Below are positions 60,301 to 64,000 of a DNA stretch of 64,000 bases, piece by piece. Position numbers and translations under genes: made by a program. The stretch is from an uncultured Atribacterota bacterium (GTDB lineage Bacteria; Atribacterota; Atribacteria; Atribacterales; Thermatribacteraceae): assembly GCA_964570785.1 (NCBI GenBank), contig CAZMZG010000003.1, forward strand, positions 87-64,086, written 5' to 3'. Under the pieces are notes generated by a model that worked only from the letters and a program-made list of their open reading frames with translations, searched no databases and was not told the origin of the DNA. Each line of letters starts with the position of its first letter. Position 1 is the first letter of the stretch.

Positions 60301-61040
60301 GAACACCGGTGGATATAGTATTAAATCCTCTTGGCGTTCCTTCACGAATGAATATTGGTCAAATTTTAGAAACTCATCTGGGATGGGTTGCTAACAGAGA
60401 AAGGAAATTTGTTGCCAGTCCTCCTTTTGATGGAGCCAAGGAATGGGAAATTTTAGAAGCTTTGAGTCGAAGCAAAGCCATGACGAACACACCCCAGGAA
60501 CACTTATTTGATACCAGAGTTTCTCCTGATTTGGAAATTCTACCTTATGGTAAAATCACTCTTTTTGATGGTAGAACTGGAGAACCCTTCGATAACGAGG
60601 TCACGGTTGGATATATATATATGATGAAGCTTGCCCATTTGGTTGAAACCAAAATCCACGCTCGCTCCACGGGTCCCTATTCTCTGGTTACTCAGCAACC
60701 ACTGGGTGGAAAAGCGCAGTTTGGGGGACAACGCTTTGGAGAGATGGAGGTCTGGGCTCTTGAGGGTTATGGAGCTGCTTATACCCTTCAGGAGATGCTT
60801 ACCGTTAAGTCTGATGATATTATGGGAAGGGTCAAAGCTTATGAGGCTATTGTGAAAGGGCAGAATGTCCTTAAGCCTTCGGTGCCTGAATCGTTTAAGG
60901 TTTTGGTCAAGGAATTACAAAGTCTGGCTCTGGATGTAAGGGTTTATGATTCTAGGAAAAGAGAAATCTCTCTTGAAGAAATGGAAAATTCTGATGAAGA
61001 TACTCCCACCCTGGGAGCAAATCTAAGGAGTAAAAAGTGA
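57312..61040 (+). CDS. rpoB: DNA-directed RNA polymerase beta subunit
   Basis: 1242 aa. Rif-region [57 protein letters not shown]. Confidence 0.98.
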   Translation: MSTRYIERQSFAKLTSSFPLPDFVEIQKESFRWFLQKDVPPEQRKKQGLHEVFMEVFPVQDFTGNLVLEYLGYRVEEPPYSVRECKERGRTYASPLYVRIRLIDRRTGEIKEQDVYMGDLPIMTERGTFVVNGAERVVVTQLIRSPGMFFSKEITQTGKVEYGFKIVPNRGAWLEFGVDPGDVIFVRIDKRRKINAVTLVRALGFSDDEEILALFDYHPFIRRTLERDNTENTREAVVDIFRRLRPSEPPTEENTRNFIRYLFFDPRHYDLGKVGRYKINNKLKLEERLVGIEELAVAEDVILDLEERRVIRDFNLIADDSNSGRFQTVVRVGDRVDRELAWKLEELNFEFPIEYVKILNEEGLPVKVYIEKDFTEEALSEELEGRVLSKDVVDLETGEVFLKAGEELTIESIHYLMRAGVEKVVVKKGRTLTPQDVVGGLRYLLNLIDGIGYDDDIDHLGNRRARPVGELLQNQFRTGLLRVEKVIRERMTIQNDSESITPQSLINIRPVVAAIREFFGSNPLSQFMDQVNPLSELTHKRRLSALGPGGLQRDRAGFEVRDVHYTHYGRMCPIETPEGPNIGLISSLCVYARVNEFGFLETPYRRVVNGKVTDEVVYLSADEEDRYHIAPCDVEVDAEGRIVKEKAVVRFRGKIVEVSREKVEFMDVSPQQIISASASLIPFLEHNDANRALMGTNMQRQAVPLLRTQPPYVGTGIEYKVAQDSGATVVARNSGVVRKVDASKIEVETDSGLMDIYWLDKFQRSNQSTCINHKPLVRVGDRVEVGQIIADGPCTSMGEIALGRNVLVAFMPWEGENFEDAILISERLVKEDIFTSVHIEEYEVEARDTKLGPEEITRDIPNLGEEALRDLDEEGIIRIGANVKPGDILVGKVTPKGETELTPEERLLRAIFGEKAREVRDTSLRVPHGEYGKVIDVKVFSREAGDELAPGVNKLVKVYVAQKRKITVGDKMAGRHGNKGVIARILPEEDMPFLPDGTPVDIVLNPLGVPSRMNIGQILETHLGWVANRERKFVASPPFDGAKEWEILEALSRSKAMTNTPQEHLFDTRVSPDLEILPYGKITLFDGRTGEPFDNEVTVGYIYMMKLAHLVETKIHARSTGPYSLVTQQPLGGKAQFGGQRFGEMEVWALEGYGAAYTLQEMLTVKSDDIMGRVKAYEAIVKGQNVLKPSVPESFKVLVKELQSLALDVRVYDSRKREISLEEMENSDEDTPTLGANLRSKK

Positions 61041-61058
61041 GCAAAGGAGGAGGCTTTC

Positions 61059-64000
61059 TTGATAGACGTTAATGACCTGGGTGCGGTGAAAATTGCTCTG
61101 GCCTCTCCAGAGCAGATCCGTAAGTGGTCTCATGGAGAGGTTAAAAAACCGGAGACCATAAACTACCGAACTCTTAAACCGGAAAAGGACGGTCTTTTCT
61201 GTGAGAAGATTTTTGGACCTACCAAGGACTGGGAATGTTATTGCGGTAAATACAAAAGGATTCGCAACAAAGGTGTAGTTTGTGATCGTTGTGGGGTTGA
61301 AATTACTCGTTCGGTGGTGCGAAGAGAACGTTTGGGACACATTGAACTGGCTGCACCAGTTTCACACATTTGGTATTTTAAGAGCATTCCCAGTAAAATG
61401 GCTCTACTTCTGGGTATTTTGCCTAAAAACCTGGAGAAAGTTCTCTACTTCGCCTCGGGTAGAAAAACCGAAGATTGTTACAAAATTATTAATCCTGGCT
61501 CTACCGACTTGAAGGAAGAACAGATTATTCGCAAAACCGAATATGATATTTACCGCAAGTATGACTTTGATTTTGTTGCTGAGCCTGCTTATAGAATCAC
61601 CGAGGTCCATGAACTGCCTTTTTCGGTAGGCGATCGTCTCAACCTCAAGGAGTATACCCGCTACCGCTCCAAGTATAAAAACAGTTTCTCAGTAGAGGAA
61701 GTAGATGGAGAGCATTTTGAAGTAGTTGATGTGAGGGTCTTTCCTTACCAAAGAGATGAGGTTCTATCTGAATCCGAGGTGCAGAAACTCAGGGAAACTT
61801 TTGGCAACCTTTTTGAAGAAACACCACTTACTGATACGGTTGAGGAACCCTGTTACATCATCATCGACCCGGGCAAAACAGGTCTCAAAAAGGCTCAGAT
61901 GATTCTTGAAACTGAGGCCAAGTTGCTTTCCAGGTATGATCCTGACTTTAAAGCGGGAGTGGGAGCCGAGGCGGTACGAGAAATTCTAAAGGGCATAGAT
62001 GTTCATCAATTGGCAAGAGAGTTACGCAAAGAACTTAAGGAAGCCTCGGGTCAAAAAGCCAAAAAAATTATCAAGAGACTGGAAGTTGTTGAAGCTTTTT
62101 GCAAATCAGGAAGCAAGCCCGAATGGATGATTCTTGAGGTTATACCCGTTCTTCCGCCGGATCTCCGACCCATGGTGCAACTTGACGGTGGTCGCTTTGC
62201 TACTTCGGACCTTAATGACCTTTATCGCCGGGTGATTAACCGCAACAATCGTTTAAAGAGGTTGTTACAGTTGGGGGCTCCGGAAATCATTATTAAAAAT
62301 GAAAAAAGGATGCTCCAGGAAGCAGTTGATGCACTCTTTGACAATGGACGCAGAGGGAGAGCGGTTTTGGGTACTGGAAATCGGCCACTTAAGTCTTTAA
62401 GTGATATGCTTAGAGGCAAAAAGGGTCGCTTCCGTCAAAACCTTCTGGGTAAGCGAGTGGACTATTCTGGGCGCTCGGTAATTGTTTCCGGGCCACGCTT
62501 GCGATTTGACCAGTGTGGTTTGCCCAAGAAGATGGCTCTGGAGCTTTTCAAGCCTTTTGTGATGAAAAAACTGGTGGATAAGGGTTATGCTCATAATATA
62601 AAAAGCGCCAAGCGCATGGTCGACAAAGCCAGGGATGAAGTGTGGGAAGCGCTGGAAGAGGTTATTACAGAACATCCAGTGTTGCTTAACCGAGCTCCTA
62701 CCTTACATCGCTTAAGTATTCAGGCCTTCCAGCCGGTTTTAGTGGAGGGTAACGCTATTCAGTTGCATCCCTTGGTTTGCCCTCCCTTTAATGCAGACTT
62801 TGACGGTGATCAGATGGCAGTCCATGTTCCTCTTTCTCTTGAGGCTCAGGCTGAGGCTCAGATAATCATGCTTTCTTCGCATAATATCCTTTCTCCCGCC
62901 AATGGTAATCCGGTGGCAGTGCCTGGGCAGGATATGGTGCTTGGTTGTTACTACATGACTTTGCTGAGTTCGAAAAACGGTGAAAAGAATAAAGCCTTCT
63001 TAACCATTGATGATGCCTTGCTTGCCTACGACTTTGGGAAGGTAGACCTTCATGAGCCTGTCAAGATCAGGGAGGTTGCTCAGAAGTACCCGGAGGTAGA
63101 ATTCACCACTGTAGGCAGGGTTATTTTTAACCAGTTGTTGCCCGAAGGAATGCCTTATTATAATGAGCCAATAACCAAAAAGAAGCTGCTGGAAATAATT
63201 AGCCTTTGTTATCGGAAATTTGGTAATCAGGTTACAGTAGAAATGTTAGACCGCATTAAAGAAACAGGTTTCCACTATGCAACTCGCTCTGGTTCAACTA
63301 TTGGAGTATTGGATCTTGAAGTACCTTCCCAGAAAGCTGAGATAATTGAAGAAGCAACGAGAAAGGTAGAAGAAATTAACGAGCACTATAGCGAAGGACT
63401 GATTACTTCGGAGGAAAGAGAACAAAAAGTTATAGATGTCTGGACTGAGGCTTCAAACAAAATAGCTGATGCCATACTTCGCAACCTGGATGATTTCAAT
63501 CCTGTTAATATGATGGCCACTTCAGGAGCCAGGGGAAGTATCCGCCAGGTTAGTCAACTTGCAGGAATGCGAGGGCTTATGGCAGATCCTTCCGGCAGAA
63601 TCATTGATTATCCCATAAAGGCTAACTTCCGGGAGGGTTTGAGCGTTCTTGAGTACTTTATTTCCACCCACGGTGCAAGAAAAGGACTTGCCGACACTGC
63701 CTTAAGAACTGCAAAATCCGGCTATCTGACTCGTCGCTTGGTTGATGTAGCTCAGGATGTCATTGTTAGAGAGTACGACTGTGGTGTGGATGATGGTATT
63801 TTGGTTACTGATTTACTGGATGAAAACAAGAATGTTGTTGAGTCCTTTGAGGAACGCGTTCTGGGGAGAACAGCGTTGCGAGATATTCGGGATCCCGAAA
63901 CTGGAGAAGTCATTGTTAAGGCTGGAGAAGAAATAGATGAAGACGCTATTACCAAAATGAAAGATAAAGGCATCAGGGAAGCCTGGGTACGTTCGGTTCT
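61059..64000 (+). CDS. rpoC: DNA-directed RNA polymerase beta-prime subunit (5' partial, runs off the window)
   Basis: Not in the ORF track. My translation from TTG 61059 (AAAGGAGGAGG SD) gives [38 protein letters not shown], the Zn-finger [22 protein letters not shown], and NADFDGDQM at 62790-62816. The frame stays open to 64000 at every point I checked. Confidence 0.95.
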   Translation, partial: MIDVNDLGAVKIALASPEQIRKWSHGEVKKPETINYRTLKPEKDGLFCEKIFGPTKDWECYCGKYKRIRNKGVVCDRCGVEITRSVVRRERLGHIELAAPVSHIWYFKSIPSKMALLLGILPKNLEKVLYFASGRKTEDCYKIINPGSTDLKEEQIIRKTEYDIYRKYDFDFVAEPAYRITEVHELPFSVGDRLNLKEYTRYRSKYKNSFSVEEVDGEHFEVVDVRVFPYQRDEVLSESEVQKLRETFGNLFEETPLTDTVEEPCYIIIDPGKTGLKKAQMILETEAKLLSRYDPDFKAGVGAEAVREILKGIDVHQLARELRKELKEASGQKAKKIIKRLEVVEAFCKSGSKPEWMILEVIPVLPPDLRPMVQLDGGRFATSDLNDLYRRVINRNNRLKRLLQLGAPEIIIKNEKRMLQEAVDALFDNGRRGRAVLGTGNRPLKSLSDMLRGKKGRFRQNLLGKRVDYSGRSVIVSGPRLRFDQCGLPKKMALELFKPFVMKKLVDKGYAHNIKSAKRMVDKARDEVWEALEEVITEHPVLLNRAPTLHRLSIQAFQPVLVEGNAIQLHPLVCPPFNADFDGDQMAVHVPLSLEAQAEAQIIMLSSHNILSPANGNPVAVPGQDMVLGCYYMTLLSSKNGEKNKAFLTIDDALLAYDFGKVDLHEPVKIREVAQKYPEVEFTTVGRVIFNQLLPEGMPYYNEPITKKKLLEIISLCYRKFGNQVTVEMLDRIKETGFHYATRSGSTIGVLDLEVPSQKAEIIEEATRKVEEINEHYSEGLITSEEREQKVIDVWTEASNKIADAILRNLDDFNPVNMMATSGARGSIRQVSQLAGMRGLMADPSGRIIDYPIKANFREGLSVLEYFISTHGARKGLADTALRTAKSGYLTRRLVDVAQDVIVREYDCGVDDGILVTDLLDENKNVVESFEERVLGRTALRDIRDPETGEVIVKAGEEIDEDAITKMKDKGIREAWVRSV

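Overview
Gene-dense, moderately AT-rich chromosomal segment with about 57 CDS on both strands and mostly tiny or negative intergenic spacers. It comes from a strictly anaerobic bacterium. All calls were made by eye from motifs in the supplied translations and the DNA; no database search was possible. Bacterial hallmarks are separate rpoB and rpoC, FtsZ, an Slt-type lytic transglycosylase and purSQLF. Several modules have an archaeal flavour: V/A-type ATPase, DRG-type GTPase, Hdr/Mvh proteins and small-type LeuCD. I saw no rRNA, tRNA, CRISPR array, transposase, integrase, phage or recognisable defence gene, so this looks like core genome rather than an accessory island. Gene order: nth; an SSF symporter / Zn-ADH / radical-SAM-SPASM operon; a DRG-like GTPase; parA-ftsZ-DUF4432; slt; polX; nadE; leuCD-glyA; nfu; an FNT formate/nitrite channel; a monocistronic corrinoid protein; fhs. 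Then comes a roughly 16.4 kb same-strand, translationally coupled block (21066-37487). It carries metV-metF flanked by two HdrA/MvhD-type sets, an HdrC-like protein, a 1493-aa HdrA-GltD-HdrA fusion, a Flx/HydBG-like NAD(P)H module, folC, acsE and two unknown proteins. After it: hydF coupled to an aspartase-like gene; a Gfo/Idh/MocA oxidoreductase; purSQLF; DUF429; a flavodoxin; a nine-gene V/A-type ATPase operon with a Na+-binding signature plus a metallophosphoesterase; rpoB; and the first 980 codons of rpoC. rpoC is missing from the ORF track because it runs off the window, so I translated it myself. The most interesting item is the methyl-branch Wood-Ljungdahl operon. It appears to encode a non-canonical MetFV-Hdr-Flx assembly with no HdrB/CCG subunit, a candidate variant of electron-bifurcating methylene-THF reductase. 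Secondary items are an FtsZ with unusual N- and C-terminal extensions coupled to an orphan parA, a DRG-type GTPase with a degenerate G3 motif, hydF coupled to an aspartase-like gene, and a lineage-specific duplicated insertion in RpoC.
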